Part shown: piece after piece, positions 36,186-51,900 of the stretch | How the letters are laid out: the number at the start of each line of letters is the position of its first letter | How positions within the stretch are numbered: position 1 is the stretch's first letter | NCBI RefSeq assembly: GCF_964204865.1 | Contig: NC_135263.1 | Coordinates: 15,934,001-15,998,000 of the forward strand | Reading direction: 5' to 3' | Length of the DNA: 64,000 bases | From: Styela clava | Taxonomy: Eukaryota | Translations under genes and position numbers: made by a program | The notes under the pieces: model-generated | Told to the model about the DNA's origin: nothing | What the model saw: only the letters and a program-made list of their open reading frames with translations | Database searches by the model: none

Positions 36186-36390
36186 GAAGTATGTGTACCA
36201 ATGTGGAGGTAACTAATTTTGTTCGCCAACTACATTGAGTTGTGTGAAGAGACGGAAGCCTATGGCCAGGGTGTATATTCACTTGGCTAACACAAACAGT
36301 CCAGGAACTCGTAATAGAACTAAATAAGGAAAGTCAGAATAAAATTATGCTCTAACCTTAACCTGGTACACATACTATATGAGAGTATCG
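36186..36390. mobile_element. Diverged relative of the telomere-repeat MITE family
   Basis: GAACTCGTAATAGAACTAAATAAGGAAA...CTAACCTTAACCTGGTACACATA matches the reverse complement of 62510-62585. Confidence 0.5.
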
Positions 36391-36900
36391 AAATGGGATC
36401 TGTATCAGAGTTGATATAAGAATTGATTGACACAATTTTTCTAGCCCAGAGAAACCTGTCACTGAAAAATATGCGTTGTGGCCAGCCTTGTGACACTGCA
36501 TTTCACAATAGGCCTTGCACTTACAAGGGCCCTCGCTTGTTCTAGGTGTAAATTGTTAAACTGAACCATTTTGCCCGCATCCGTCGTATCGTCATGATCT
36601 TTCGGACAAAAAGTCTGCACTGAAGAGCAAAGTTATTGTTTCATTGATGCAAGGTCACACAAACAAATTGCACTCTAAAAATCTAATTGCCCACACGATG
36701 TCGATCGTAAAAAAAACAGTTATGTATTGCAAGACTGTATAAATATTTAAAAAGCTGAAATTAGAGTCGGAACAAACGTATCCGAAAAAAAACGCATCCC
36801 AAACGCATAGTACTTTGATACAGTCCAACTAATACTATTCCTAAATTCAGGTTAATATTAAATTATTACATAAGCAATACACAATTTTATTTATGGAATA

Positions 36901-39900
36901 ATGGCTTTGGTTTTCATGTGCTCAAAACATGAGAAAATCTGGATATCATTTATTTTTATAACAATGCTTGCTCGATACTGCTGTAGTGAAGGTGAGATTT
37001 TTACTGATGTTATTCTTACAATGTGACACAGTGGATATGTTACTTAGCCGGGGTCAAGTGGTTGCAACGTCTATTACATAGAAAGATGCGTAAAATAGAA
37101 TACTTCACTAAACCCCAAATATTATATATACTAGAGTAACTAGACACTAAATTTTGTATATTTCTCCTCTTGAAATCACAATTGCTGTTTAATAATTTGT
37201 GACACATCACTTCATACTTTTCTTTTAAAATAAAATTCCCCTTTCAGGCGTTCACCGGAGATTCATTAGCTGAATAAATAGGTTATTTACTTTCTTGAGC
37301 GTGACATGCTTGATTATAATGAAATTTGGAATATACCAATCAAAATAGTTCTAACCTGCAGAAGAGCAGTTTCACTCGACTGCGAGATAACCCTTGCTAT
37401 CGTAGTGTAGATTGTATACTGGAAATCTTCTACTTTCTTGTCTATGGTTTACTTTTGCAATGCATAATAGGTCGTAAAAACATAATACAATTCAACACGT
37501 TTAGTTATTTGGAATGACGAACAGGGGGGCCCACGAGTGCAAAAAGGCGTCGGAAGGTGACCACGAACCGTAAAAGATTGGGAACCCCTGGGATATACCA
37601 TAACATAAAATCAGTTTATTTTATGAAAATAATCGCTTGATAAAAGCAACACAATATTCGTCATCAGTTTTATTTGCTTTTCACAAGTATTATGTATTAT
37701 CTTACATACTGCTGTTCAAATTTACGATATAAATATGATGCGAGAAGGTTGCGCAATTCCAAAGTAACCAGATGAGCACGTTGAGGGTTTGTGATATCTA
37801 CAAGAAATGAAATATAAAGGATTAATATGATTATGAATAGAATTTTTTGTGTTAATTTCGAATGCTTACTTTATATGATGAAAAAAAGTTTGTAATTTGC
37901 AGATTCAGGCAGTGGATTTGAAGAAAATACCACAGAAGGTAGCCACGGTTTTGGTATGATATTGCGGCTTATTTGATTATTGTTAGTCAATTTTTGTTAG
38001 TCGTGAGACAAATCAGAAATTGAAGGCGGGATATTCACTACATGATTGAATTAACTCTGATCAATGGCCACACGCTTGCTAGCTGGGATATTAACAGTGC
38101 CACGCACCAATTTCACGCAACCTGATCAACTGAACCGTTAACGATGCCAAAATGTTCAGACTGAGTTGTTTATGAAATTAAATTCATTAATTCGGAATAT
38201 TAATTATTTTCAAATCTACTCGTAATAATTTGAGTGTTCTTTTTCTCAATTTTTAGAGACTACCACTCATCAACTGGGGAATACAACTGGCGAATTATTC
38301 ACAAGTAAGATAATAATACAAGGCGGTATTATAAAAATGCTATAGTGTTACTAAATTATTTTTGTAGAAAAATAAGTTGTTCGAAAATTGGACAGCAAGA
38401 TTTAGTCACAGCCGTAAAAATCAGATGAATAGCGATTTTCAAATTAGGAAAAACATGAGAAATGATCAATTAATCACACTGCCAATAAAACGAATTCTAT
38501 GATGATAAAACGAATCTAAAATGAATTCTATGTAGGCTACTCATAAGCATATGCCTCATTTTAGACGTGTTTTTGCATGATAAGATTTAATAATTTTATT
38601 TATGATGAGAATTTTCACGAAGCAAAATCACGTACACTCACTTAGTAGTAAATAGTGATGGAATCGCATATTTGAGCAAAGTCACGTTTAACTACCGAAG
38701 CCATAAACAATTATGGCTGTGCACGAGGGGAAATAAATATTGATTTACACGAGACTCGAGATATTATAAAAATAGCTAATTATAAATGAATTTTAAATTC
38801 TACATAACAAAAGATTTCAAAAAGTAAAAAATATTTAGTTTAGAACATGAACGTCAGCAAAACGTTGAAGTTTACTTTCGGAAAGATGCCGACAATCACT
38901 GTTGAGAGAATCATCTTTTCTTGATAACTTTTTGAAACAGTCAACTGTTTGTTTGTAATACTATGACGTATATATGATTATGTTATTGTATTGACAGCAT
39001 TCATGTATTTTGTATCAGATACGTGTTCAAATTTTGATTAAACCCGGTCTTTGAACTTTATACATATGAAAAATAATAGTTGTGATTTTGAGGTAGTTTT
39101 TGTAGACGTGACTTCACCAGACATCAGAGTAATGTATGAAAACTTTATCACCATTTTATCAGGTACAGCAAAACCTCATGACAACATTACAATGACAACA
39201 CCTCGGCAGACAACTCGTAAGTAATTTATATAGCCTATTATAAGTATAGCTTATGAGTTTACAAATCTTTCAGTTCAGCTCGTTATACATTTTTGCCAGT
39301 ATGGTCTCAAATAATTTTTCTAACATATTTTAAAAGACTAAGTGATTCAAGAGTCTTGCTGCACACTGACAAGAATATATTTTTGTAACGTTTCTCCCTC
39401 AGACAAACATTATTAAACTACTACTGCCGGTAGTTGGTAACTACTAAGTCTGAGGAAGCCTGACTCTTGCTACACCATTAGATCCATACGGATCCACCGA
39501 CAGAAAAACATAGAAGAAGTAGTTAATCTCGTGAACACCCAATCAATATTTTGAAGCAATTGTAAAATGTATTTTTTCAAAGTATACATTTTTCACTTTA
39601 TTCCAATGTTGGCTAATAAAAGACAACTGAAATTGATACCATTCAGTTTACATAGTTATCAACACACATAAAACCGGGTGTAATAAAAACAAGGCCATGG
39701 ACTAACATTAGATGGCTTCGTTGGCACAAATTTGCTACCAGGGGCTGGGATATTAACAGCTAAAATGCTTCAAACCAGTTTCATGCAAAATGACTGACTG
39801 AACCTTTAACGATGCCAAATTGTTCAGCCTGGGATGATAATAAAATTATATTCCTTCATCGTTAATATTAATTACTTTCAATCCTACTCGATAACACCGA

Positions 39901-42900
39901 AGTCTTCTATTTTTTTTTACAATTCTCAGAGAATACCACCTATCAACTGGGGAACACAACTGATGAATTATTAACAAGTAAGATAATAAAGCGATGGGGT
40001 TTTGAGTTAATGCTAGTGTCCTAAATTATTTTTGTAAAAAAATAAGTTGCTTGAATCAATTCGTGCATTCACTTAGAAGTAATGAAAACGCACATATGAG
40101 CAAAGTTATGTCCAACCGCTGGTGCCATACGCAACCACGGTGGTTCACAGGGAGAAAGTAAATACATGTTGGCGCGCGACTTGAAGTATTATGAAAATAG
40201 CTGAGTGATATTGAATTCTACACAACAGAAGATTACGGAAAGTATATATATATATTTGGCATAAAAATTTCGATATGATAGGATGAAAATAAACGAATGA
40301 GAACTCGCACCTACTTTTTGTTGATGGAAAATCGCCTTTAGTTTGGGTCGCAATTGCGGATCAATTGTATTTACCATTCTTTTTTAATTTCCTTCAGAAG
40401 ATTTAGAACACCCAGGTTAGGTAAATTTCCGAGTGCATGAATGAAATATTACTCTCTGGGAAAAATGGAGAAGAGTGCGACCGAGCAGCATGTATTTTGT
40501 ATGACTACGTATTGACATTTTGGCCGTATAGAAATATCACGTTCCCAACCCTGGCTTTAAACATCACACATATGAACAAAAATGTTATTGGTCGATATGC
40601 TTAATCGTCATCAGGCCAGAGTGAGTCTCGATGTAAAAATATTAAAGTATGTACGAACCTTTGATACAATTTTATCAGGTACAGCACAACTTCATAACAT
40701 TACAATGACAACATTGCAGCAAACGACGGGTGAGTAATCTATCTTTTATAAGTAAAGCATATGATTCCAAATTTTTTTATGCCATGTCATACAGTCTTGG
40801 CAGTATTGTTTTCTTTGTAACTTAATCTAACTCAGCTGAAAAACATGTATTTTTCACATGCAGTGCAAGTTAATCTTAGAATATCATTTCTAAGATCTTT
40901 ACTATCCGATGTTAGCTCTTTAATAGTCTTTTTCTTTATTTATTTTATAGAGACAACTACCTACCACTTGGGGAATACAAGTGGTGAATTGTTTACAAGT
41001 AAGAAAATTATGTGAGGTGGTTTCATGAAAATGCTGGTATTTCGAGTTGTTTTTATAAAAAAAAATAACGAAGAGAATAGAATATATAAAGCTGTTCGAA
41101 TGAACAACCGGCAACTTGTAATAATTTAGACAAAATTTATTTACAGTCGTAAAGCATATAAATAACCCTGTACAATTGCGACCCAGACTGCATGAGCAAA
41201 AATCCTTTCGCGGAAAAGATGCCGCGAGTGCGATACGGCAGCATATATGTATTTTATATTTGCTGCGTATTCACATTTTGGTCGCATATAAATATTGCTA
41301 TATCATCCCTGTCGGTGAATATTACACATTGGAAATATATTAGTTTCGATTATGGGCGATCTGCGTCATCACGCCACAGTAAGTCTCGATGTAAAAATGT
41401 ATTTAGTATGTATGAAAACATTATCACAATTTTATTAGGTACAGCACAACCTCATAGCATTACAATGACTACATCTCAACAAACGACTGGTAAGTAAATC
41501 ATACATTATAAGTAAAGCGTATAGGTTCACGGATCTTTTTGTATATATCGTTATACAGTCTTGGCAGTATGGTCCCAAATACTCTTTGTGACATATTTTG
41601 AAGCAATTTTAAAATATGGTCCTCACAGGCTTTTACTATCTAGTGTTAGCTTATAAAAGGTAACTGTAAACTGAAAACATAATTTACACAACAATGAACA
41701 CAAATGCAATCGGTTGTAATCCGAACATGAACAACACTTTTTGACTGAATCATTTCAATCTATCCCTCCCAATCTATTTGTGACCATACGTTCCCTGGGG
41801 TAATGAGGTTGGAATTTACTGTTATCAAGCCTGTCTGATTAAACTTTTACCGATTGCAAAATGTACAAACTGGGGTGGCAAAGAATATAATTTTCTTTCT
41901 TCAAAGTGTAGTTACTAGGTTTGTTATAAATGTAAAAAATGTCTTTTGAATGACAAACACTATTGAGAAAAAGCCAGTCCCTCTCTACTCCTTGTTTCTT
42001 TGTTCACGAACTTAATTTAATATTAATTATTTTCAAACCTACACGTAACATTTTTTTTACACTTTCAGAGAATACCACCTTTCATCTGGAGAATACAACT
42101 GGGAAAATGTATACAAGTAAGAAAATATTACGAGATGATGTTATTAAAATGACAGGGTTTCGAAATGTTTTTATAGAAAAATAACGAAGAGAAGTAGAAA
42201 ATATAAAGTTGTCCTAATCAACAACCGGCAACTTGTGCTCATGCTCAAGAACTGAATAAATTCATACGTAATACTCATAATCATATATATGCTCTATTTA
42301 GGACGTGTTGATAGTATTCAAATTCAATGAATTTCACGCCGGGATCACCAAAATATAGGGGTTAATTGACCCAACGTTGCGTATCCACACTCTCGTGTTA
42401 TTTAACATACAATGCATTGTAATTCCAAATGTTCGTATATTGTAAAGTTGCACAATCGAATTGAAACCAAACAGATTATACACTTAAACCTCAATACAGG
42501 TATTCGGTCGAAATCTAGAACAATACTTCAATAAACATCTAATTGTTCTATCCCAAACTTTACAGTTACCCTGTACAATTGGTCAGCTATTGCAACCCAG
42601 ACTACATGTGCAAAAATGTAAAATCGTCTGGCCGGAAAGATGTCGGTGAATGCGTTTGTGTATTTTGCATGAGCTGCGTATTCACACTTCGATCTACATA
42701 AAATATAGGTGTTACCAGGGGCGTGCCAAAATTTCCTGCTGCCCGGGGCGGGTTTCTGATTACGACGCCCTTTATCCCTAACTTAAAAAACAACTTGGGG
42801 GTTAAACAGATTATTTATATACACGAGAATAAATAAATTAAAGGTCAAGTAAGAGAGAAACTTTTTTTTATTGAATAAAACATCAAACTAAGCAACAAAC

Positions 42901-45900
42901 TTGCATGTATAAAATCGAACTCATTCATTAACAAAATGGAAGTTACTTATTTCTATGTCCAGTCGCTACTTTGCTGTCAACAAATGTCTGAACGACAGCC
43001 TCCTTCACCTCGCTCGTCAGGAATTTCTTTCGATGCTAATCAGAGATCAACTCGAACGGCGCTAGTTTGACATTCAACTTTGAGAAGGATCGTTTGCAAC
43101 TAGCAATTGATTATTCAGTTTTGAGTAATAAACAATATGCAATGCAAAAAGTTGGAAAAAGTGGACATTTGGCATCCAGATTTTCTGGCATGGTTGTGAA
43201 CATTACCTCATTTTCGCGTTTTTTGCATGCTATTTGTTAGTTTTTGGTATTGGGAATTAAGTTGTTTAAGGCGTCAACTCGCGAAACTACCTTTACAATG
43301 AGCACCATAAATGCTGCAATTGTAAAATATAAGAAGAATTTTTCTGGGGTCAACGGTCGGGAAAACATACATTGTTGACTCATCATCACCACAGTCAGTC
43401 ACACAATACTAAACACATAATGTCAGCTTTGAATAAAATAAAAACACATCGAGAAAAACATGTGTAATAACGCAAACTCTACAGCTTGGTTCTGCTGCCC
43501 CCTACGGGCGGTTGCCCCTTTCGCCCCCCTCTAGGCACGCCACTGGGTGTTACCAACCCTGTCGGTGAACATTACACATTGAAAATATAATAGTTATGAT
43601 TTTGGGCAATCTGCTTCATAGTTTTGGTTGCGTCATCACGCCAGAGTAAATCTAGATGTAAAAATATATTTAGTATGTATGAGAACTTTTATCACAATTT
43701 TATCAGGTACAGCAGAACCTCATAACATTACAATGACAACATCTCAGCAAACGACTCGTAAGTAATGTATATATGATATAAGTAAAGCTTATGGGTTTAC
43801 AGATCTTTTAGTATACCTCCTTATGCAGTCTTGGCAGTATGGTCCCAAATAGTTATTGTAACATATTTTGAACCAATTTTGAAATATTTTTTACATATCT
43901 TTACAAACCGATGTTAGCTTGTGAAAGTCAACTGAAACTGATAGCTAGCATAAGTTTACATAGCTATGAACACAAATGCAATCGGGTGTAATCCGAACAT
44001 GAACGAACGAACATTGTTCTAATGGTCACGATTACGAATTTAAAATATTATTAATTATTTCCAATCTTACTCGTTTAAACTAACGTGCTCTATTCTATTA
44101 TACAATTTTCAGAGAATACCACCTATCAACTTGGGAATACGACTGGTGAAATATTTACAAGTAAGAAAATATTATGTGGTGGTTTCATGAAAATGCTAGT
44201 GTTTCGATTTGTTTGTTTCAACAAGCTGCAACTTGAAATAAATTGGATATAAAATATATTTATTTAGAGTCGTAACACATATAGTTACCAATTTTTATAT
44301 TAAGACAAAACAGACAATTCGTGCTGCATATCTTAGCAAAGTCACGTAGCCTCTAACCACAGAAGCCATAAGTTATCATGGTGGTGCACTAGGATTAAAT
44401 AAATATCGATTTACAAGAGACTCGGAGTATTATGAAAATATCTAAGTGTTGATAGGTTCTAAGTTGTACATAAGAAAAATTTTGAAAAAAAAAATGTAGA
44501 ACATACACATCAGCAAAACTTCCACGTGCAAAAACGTTGAAGCTCACTTGCGGAAAGATGCCGACAACCAAGGTTGAGAAAATCATCTTTCCTTGATACC
44601 TTTTTGAAACACGCAAAAGCATATGTTTGTAATACTATGACATATATATATATATATATGCCTATTGTATTGACAACATTCATGTATTTTGATCAGCTAT
44701 GTATTAACATTTTGATCGCATAATAATATCGCGTTACCAAACTCGATCTTTAAACATTATACATATGAAAATTAATAGTTGTGAATTGTGGTGTGATTTT
44801 TGGCGATAGTCTACAACAGGGTTGGTAACGTGACATACATACACTGCCAAGAATAGGCATAATACCGCCAACTCAAATTTACGCTTGGTGGAAAATATAA
44901 ATCATAAAACTGCCGGTGCGCGTAGTTCTTGATAAATGTCCACTAGGCGCCAATCTATGATGTCATAATACCCCACATGAGCTGATAGTTGATAATACGA
45001 AAAATGTGCTGGCTGAAAATTTCTTTTTATAGAACTATTCTTTGACTATTGGCAATGAACTGTCTACAAAATATTCGAATTAACGCTTTGTGGAAAATAT
45101 AAAACATAAAACTGCCGGGGCCCGTAGTTTTTGATAAATGTGCAATAGGCGCCAATCTATGATGTCATAATACCCCACAACAGCTCATCTGGAAAAAAAT
45201 GAAAAATGACCTGGCTGAAAATCTCTCTTCAGTTCCACTGCGTTGGTGGAGTACATTCAAACACACCCTAGTCCACAATGGGGCATTCTATTAAATTCAA
45301 TGAAATATGCCGTTAAAAATTCGCAACGAGTCAGCATGACCATCTAACGAAATGTGGGACTTCGAATTTGGAGATTTATCAATTTTGAAATTAATTATCA
45401 ACTGAAATATTTTAGAGATTCTTCCAAATATATCCCTAAAAAATGATAACATAAAACTACTTTGGAAACATGCGTATATAAAGAGTCATTATAGACTTAC
45501 TTCTGAATATTTCAGATTCTTATAAGTTTTACTTTTGGTTTATGCCTAATTTCAATTGAAACTGAGTTCTGTAACTTTCATTCTTGATAATAACAGTTCT
45601 TTGTTCAAAAACATCAAATACGGGTTTTGATCAAAAAGTATATATATTTTTTTTCAATTACTGTAATGTTCACTGTGTTCAATAAAACAACAAAATCCAC
45701 TTTTATATCCACATTAACAAGTGAAATGTCCAATTTTGACCAAAATCAAATAATTTACTGTTTTGAATAACCTGTGGAAAAATATTTTCGAATCTATAAT
45801 ATATTAGGCCATGGGCCAAATAAACCTAATATAACACCAAACATAACGAGTAGCTAGGCCTTTAATAAACACTTAATAGATAAAACACTATCGACTTGTG

Positions 45901-48900
45901 CGCAGTGGAGCATGTCCTATTGAACCCCGGTCTCATTGTTCCCCACACCCGTCAGATATTTTCAGACTGCTCCATTTTAAGATTAAAAGGGACATCCATT
46001 CGCCAAACTTTATTAATATTTCACAGTGAACTAAAGCTAAAATATGCCAAACAGTCGTTTGTCCTGTAAAAAAAGAAAAGACTGAGATGGCGGGATTTCT
46101 GTTTCAACCCCCTAAAACCAATTTCATCTCATATCTTGCGTCGCTCTCAATAAATAATATATAATAATCGTCGTAAAAAATTATACAAGATTTATAAATA
46201 ACGATTTCAAATGAAGACAAAACAGATTAAAAACTAAAAAAAATTTAACATACTAAGTTAAATCACATACTTCATTCAAACCGTATTTTTATATGATATG
46301 ATTAATTTTTATTTCATGGGCATTTTCTGAAAGTAAGATCATATAATATTCCTGTACAATTCGTCCGCTATTGCGAGCCAGACAGCATTTGCAAAAATGT
46401 AGAATCCTCTGGCGAGAAGAATGTCGACGAATGCGAAAAAGCAGCAAACCTGTATTTTGCGTGAGCTGCGTTTTCACATTTTGGTGGGATATAAATATCA
46501 CATTATCATCCCTGTCGGTGAATATTACACATTGGAAATATAATAGTTTTGATGTTGGGCGGCCTGCTTCGTAGTCTTGGTTGCGTGATCACGCCAGAGT
46601 AATTCTCGATGTAAAAATCTATATAATATGTATAAAAAATAAAAACTTCATTACAATTTTATCAGGCACAGTCGAACCTCATAATATTACAATGACAACA
46701 CCTCAGCAAACGACTCGTAAGTAATTTATATATTATAAGTAAAGCTTTTAGGTTTACTGATCATTTAGTATAAATACCTCGTTATACAGTCTGGCCAGTA
46801 TGGTTCCAAAAAATCTTAGTAATACATTTTGAAGCCAAAGTGATTCGGGAGTCATGCTGCACACTGACACAAATTTATATTTCTGAAACGTTTCTACCTC
46901 AGACAAACATCACTCAACTACCACTACCGGTACTTAGTAACTACTAAGTCTGACGAAACGTTGCAAAAAGATATTTGTGTTGTCGTGCAACAAAACCCTT
47001 AAATCACTTAGGATAATTGAGACTATTCTTGCTATCCTTGCATTAGATGCATACGGATCCGCCGGAACAAAAGAATAGCAAGCGGGATAAGCAGTTAGTC
47101 CCATAGAGACCCAGTCAATATTTGGAAGCAATTGTGAAATATAATTTCCACGTGTATTTATTCCAATGTTAGCTAATAAAAGCCAACTGAAAATTTCTAC
47201 CATAAGTTTACATTGGTACTAACACAAATGCAATCTGGTGTAATCCGTATAGGCTATAAGGCCATTAATTAACACTATTAGGCAGAGCACTTTCAATCCC
47301 TCTGTTTCTCATTTGGTCACAAGTTGTTTAAAGTACTAAAAGGGTTTGGGACCTATTACAATCAAGCCCGACTGATTAAACTTCGACGTTGCCACATTCG
47401 TACTGTGAGTGACAAAGGAGAATATGATTTTGTTTGAATTACAGCCTACTCGGATTGTAATAAGTATAAAATATGACTTTTGGAAGACAAACATTATTTG
47501 ACAAGGTCCTTTACATCTACCCCTTGTTCCATCGGTCACGAATTTAATTTAAAATTGGTTATGTTTGATGCTCTTCGTCAACATTAAATTCTTCTTTTTT
47601 ACAATCCTCAGAGAATACTACCTATCGACTAGGGAATACAACTGATGAATTATATACAAGTAAGAAAATATTATGTGGTGGTTTTATTAAAGTGCTAGCG
47701 TTTAGAGTTGTTTTATATTTAGTATGTTTAAAACCTGCATCACAACTTTATCAGGCACAGCAAAACCTCATAACATTACAATGACTACAGCTTACCAAAC
47801 GACACGTAAGTAATTTATATATTATGAGTGAATCTCATGGGTTTACACATATTTAGTTGTACATTGTTAAACAGACTTGACAGTATGGCCCAAAATAGTA
47901 TTTGTAAAATATTTTGAGGCAATTTTAAAATGTTTTTTTCACATGCTTTCACTATCCAATGTTAGCTTATGAAAGTCAACTGGAAACTGAAAACATAAGT
48001 TTACATAACTAAGAACACAAATGCAATCGGATGTAATCCGACCAAGCACAAACACTGTTTGACAGAAATATTTGAATCTACCTCTTTTTCCTTGGTCTTG
48101 AGTTTATTGGGGTAGTAAATGGGCTTGGAACCTATTACATCCAAACCTGACTGAATAAACTTTAACGACACCAATTGTTCAGACTGCGGTTGCAAAGAAG
48201 AATATAAATCTACTTGAATCACAGGTTACTCACATTGTAATAATCGCAAATTATTTGTTTTTAATTTCGAATACTATTTTGTAAAATCCTAACCATTTAC
48301 CCATATTTGCATTGGTCACGAATTTAATTTACATTTTTCAGAGGATACTACCTATCCACTGGGGAATACAACTGGTGAATTATTGACAAGTAAGAAAATA
48401 ATATGTTGTGGTCTTATGAAAATGCTAGTATTCAGAGTTCTTTTAATAGAAAAATAACGAAGAGAAGTAGAAGATATAATTATTCGAATCAACAACCAAC
48501 AACTTGTAAAAACTTGAACAAGATATATTTACAGTCGTAAAGCAGATAAATAACGATTTCAAATAAGACAAAACAGACAATTCGTGCTCAAAAACTAAAC
48601 AAATTTCTGTGTATTCGTTTAAATCAGGGTGGTCAAAACTGCGGCCCGCGGGCGGCGTGCGGCCTGCAGAACAATATTAGCGTACACTACTAAACCATTG
48701 GCCGATATTTGTATTTATCATCAGAATATTTTTGCTTTATTTAAACTACTTCAATTGGGATTAGTCCTTTCCCTACTCCCGATGTCGGGATTGGGGTTTG
48801 TTAAAATTTTAGTCAAAACACTCCTCTATTTCAAACGTTGGTCTGACACCAGTGGCGAACCGCAGAGCTGACTTAGCGCCGCGCGATCCAGTCTTTTTTT

Positions 48901-51900
48901 AAATTTAGGTCCGAGGTCCCAACTTGGACAGATTTTTTTCCCGGTAACACTAGCCCTGCTCATGCTACAAGTAATAAATTCATCATACAGTGAGTATAGA
49001 AAAAAAGGTGATCAAACGTGGGTGAGCAAACGCATTGCCTAACCCACAACAACGTTAAGCCACAGTGTCTTGTGTGTTTTCAAGTAATATCTGTCACGAA
49101 ATAACTAAAGGATTTATATAGTATCCTTGAAAAACTAATTAGAACGTTGAACTCTCATTCTTAAATATATTTAATGTGAGTAAACTCGCGGTGTTTTGAT
49201 CACTTTAGGGTTTTCTCCGACTGCGGCCCCGCGAGTCGGAGAAAGTCGCGAGTAAATTTTGCGGCCGTCAACTTCGCAACCTTGGACCACCCTGGTTAAA
49301 TCATATTCTTCATTTAAAACGTATTTTTACATAATACGATTTATTTTTCATTTCATGAGCATTCTCTGAAAGTAGAATCACATGATATCTCTGTACAATT
49401 CGTCCGCTATTGCGAGCCAGACAGCACGTGCAAATATATAGAATCCGCTCGCATGAAAGATGCCGACGAATGCTAAAGAGCAGCAAACCTGTATTTTTCA
49501 TTAGCTGCGTATTCACATTTTGGTCGCATATAAATATCGCATTATCATCCCCTGTCGGTAAATATTACACATTGGAAATATAAGACTCTTGATTTCGGGC
49601 GTACTGCTACATAGTCTTAGTTGCTTCATCACGCCAGAGTAAGTCTCAATGTAAAAATTAATTTACTATGTATAAAATCTTCATCACAATTTTATCAGGC
49701 ACAGCAGAACTTCATAACATTACAATGACATCTCAGCAAACGACTCGTAGTCGTAAGTAATTTATATTCTATAAGTAAAGCTTATGGGTTTACAGATCTT
49801 TTTGTATACCTCGTTATTCAGTCTTGGTAGTATGACCAAAAATAACATATATATTTTGAAGCATTTTTAAAATGTTTTTCACATGTTTTTACTAATCGAT
49901 GTTAGCTTATAAAAGTTGACTGAAAACTGATAACATAAGTTTACATAACTATGAACACAAATGCAATAGGGTGTAATCCTGACATGAACGAACAATGTTT
50001 AACAGAATCGTTTCAAGATTTATGTACAGTCGTAAATTAGATAAATAAATATTTCAAATTGGGACACAATTGACCAGAGGTCGGCAACCCCTGGCACGCG
50101 TGCCAATTATGGCACGCCAAGTGATTTCACTACTCTGCGAAAAGCAATGGGTCAGAGGCCAAAATCTGTACGGGAAATCAGTGTGGATAAGCATGTGCGG
50201 TACAGCGTTGCCAACTTTGGCTACTTTCGGAAACGCTTCGCTACCTAAAACTACTCGTTTAACTACCTGCGACTTTTTGTGCTACTGTTGGGTTACTTTT
50301 TGTCCTTCAAAAATCGTGAAATATTGAATAATATTTTATCAGTTCATACTTTTGGGCAATTCCTACAGCTTTTTGCTAAAATCGCAGATTGTTTATTTCA
50401 ATGTGACGTGTTATTTAGGCTGTAAAAACTTTTTAATGGTGTTTATCTCCCTGAATCACAAAAAATCCTTTCACGGCAATGATAATTATTACTTTCTTAC
50501 GCCCAGAATTAATAATTCGCTGAGAGTTATTATGCAATCATCCGCGGGGAGATGCTAAAGTCAAATAAAGTAAATCGGCGACGCGAAATTTTTGATTAAA
50601 AAGCAGCCATTTAAAATACTAAAAATAAAACCGTAAACAATTTGTTCTGTAGGAGACCCGCGACATATTAAAAGCGTTTCTCCAGGGATTGTGAATTTCG
50701 TGTGCCTAGAGCACACGTAAGTTTGGACGGCGTTGAGAATCATAACGTCAATAGAATCAACACAGTTAATTGTGCACGGATTTTGCCTTTTTATTCTTTA
50801 CTTTAAATTGCCGTCGAAAATTTTCGTGTTGATATTATAACGCGAGGTTTACCCGAGTCGTACTCACTCAATTTTTATTGTACTATAATAAATTTTACTC
50901 CCTGAGATTTTATAGTATACTTGGTAATTTTTCTAACGGTTTCATCTTTAAAATAATCTGAGTGGCATATGGCGATAGAGCGGAGTCATTGTTGCAAGTA
51001 CAGCTCAGATTTGTCGAATGAGTAAAATGGCAAAAACACGGCTCAAAACTAGATATGACCGGGAAGTTTATCACACATTTTTATGTCCGCGCGGCGCGGA
51101 TTGCCGTGGTATTTTAGGGGAGGGAAGCATTTATTTTGTCGACGCAACCGCAGATTGAGGACAAGTGAATTATAATAAAGCATGACATTTTAAACATGCC
51201 CGTATCGGTTATGGATCGATTACTTTGCACACCAGAAAAATCATTATTATCCTTCGAATAATTCGTTCCGCGGGAATTTCGAGGCGATAAATATGTATTT
51301 TTGATTTATTGTACATGTATTTAATTTAATATTTATTTTTCGGATTTTTATTACAAATCTTAAAATTTTTCTAATGGCGATAACAAATTCTCAAGATCAC
51401 AAAAAAGTATTGAAACTAAATACAATTAGTGGGGCTCCCGAAGTATGCGAACCAAGATGGCGGACATAGGAATGTAATATGTGTACTAGGTTAGGGTTAG
51501 GCCATAATTTTAGGTATAAATACTACGGGAGGCTCTTGGCTAGTTTTCGAACTGATAATAGGACTAAAATAAGGAAAATTGGAAAAAAATTATCGCCTAA
51601 CCCTAACCTGTTACCCATGTTACGTTCCGATGTCCGCCATCTTGGTTCGCATACTTCGGGAGCACCCAATTAGTCATGTTTATCTCATATTTTTACGTCA
51701 AAAGATTGAGCCGTATTTTAGACTAGTAATGTTTATATTTTGACGCAAGAAGACGCAAATTTTATAAATTCTCGTAGCTGTCATGAATTGAATTATTCAC
51801 GCGACAGAAAAGTCGGTATATACTAAAAATTTCGACTTTTTTTACGAGCGCGTAATCATGGCGACTGTTCCACAAGGGAATGGAAATTTTCGATTTTGAA

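Noticed and set aside
37248-37282. Possible aGPCR exon after CTTTCAG
   Set aside because: It has an in-frame TGA in the required phase.
44881-45230. ~200 bp-period two-copy tandem duplication within an intronic insertion
   Set aside because: No termini or TSD could be defined. It is probably internal to an unclassified repeat and no further claim is supportable.
38257-49752. Regularly recurring ~50 bp repeats with variable spacers, superficially CRISPR-like
   Set aside because: The spacers are 0.1-2.5 kb homologous introns, the repeats are bounded by AG/GT splice sites, the context is eukaryotic and there are no cas genes.
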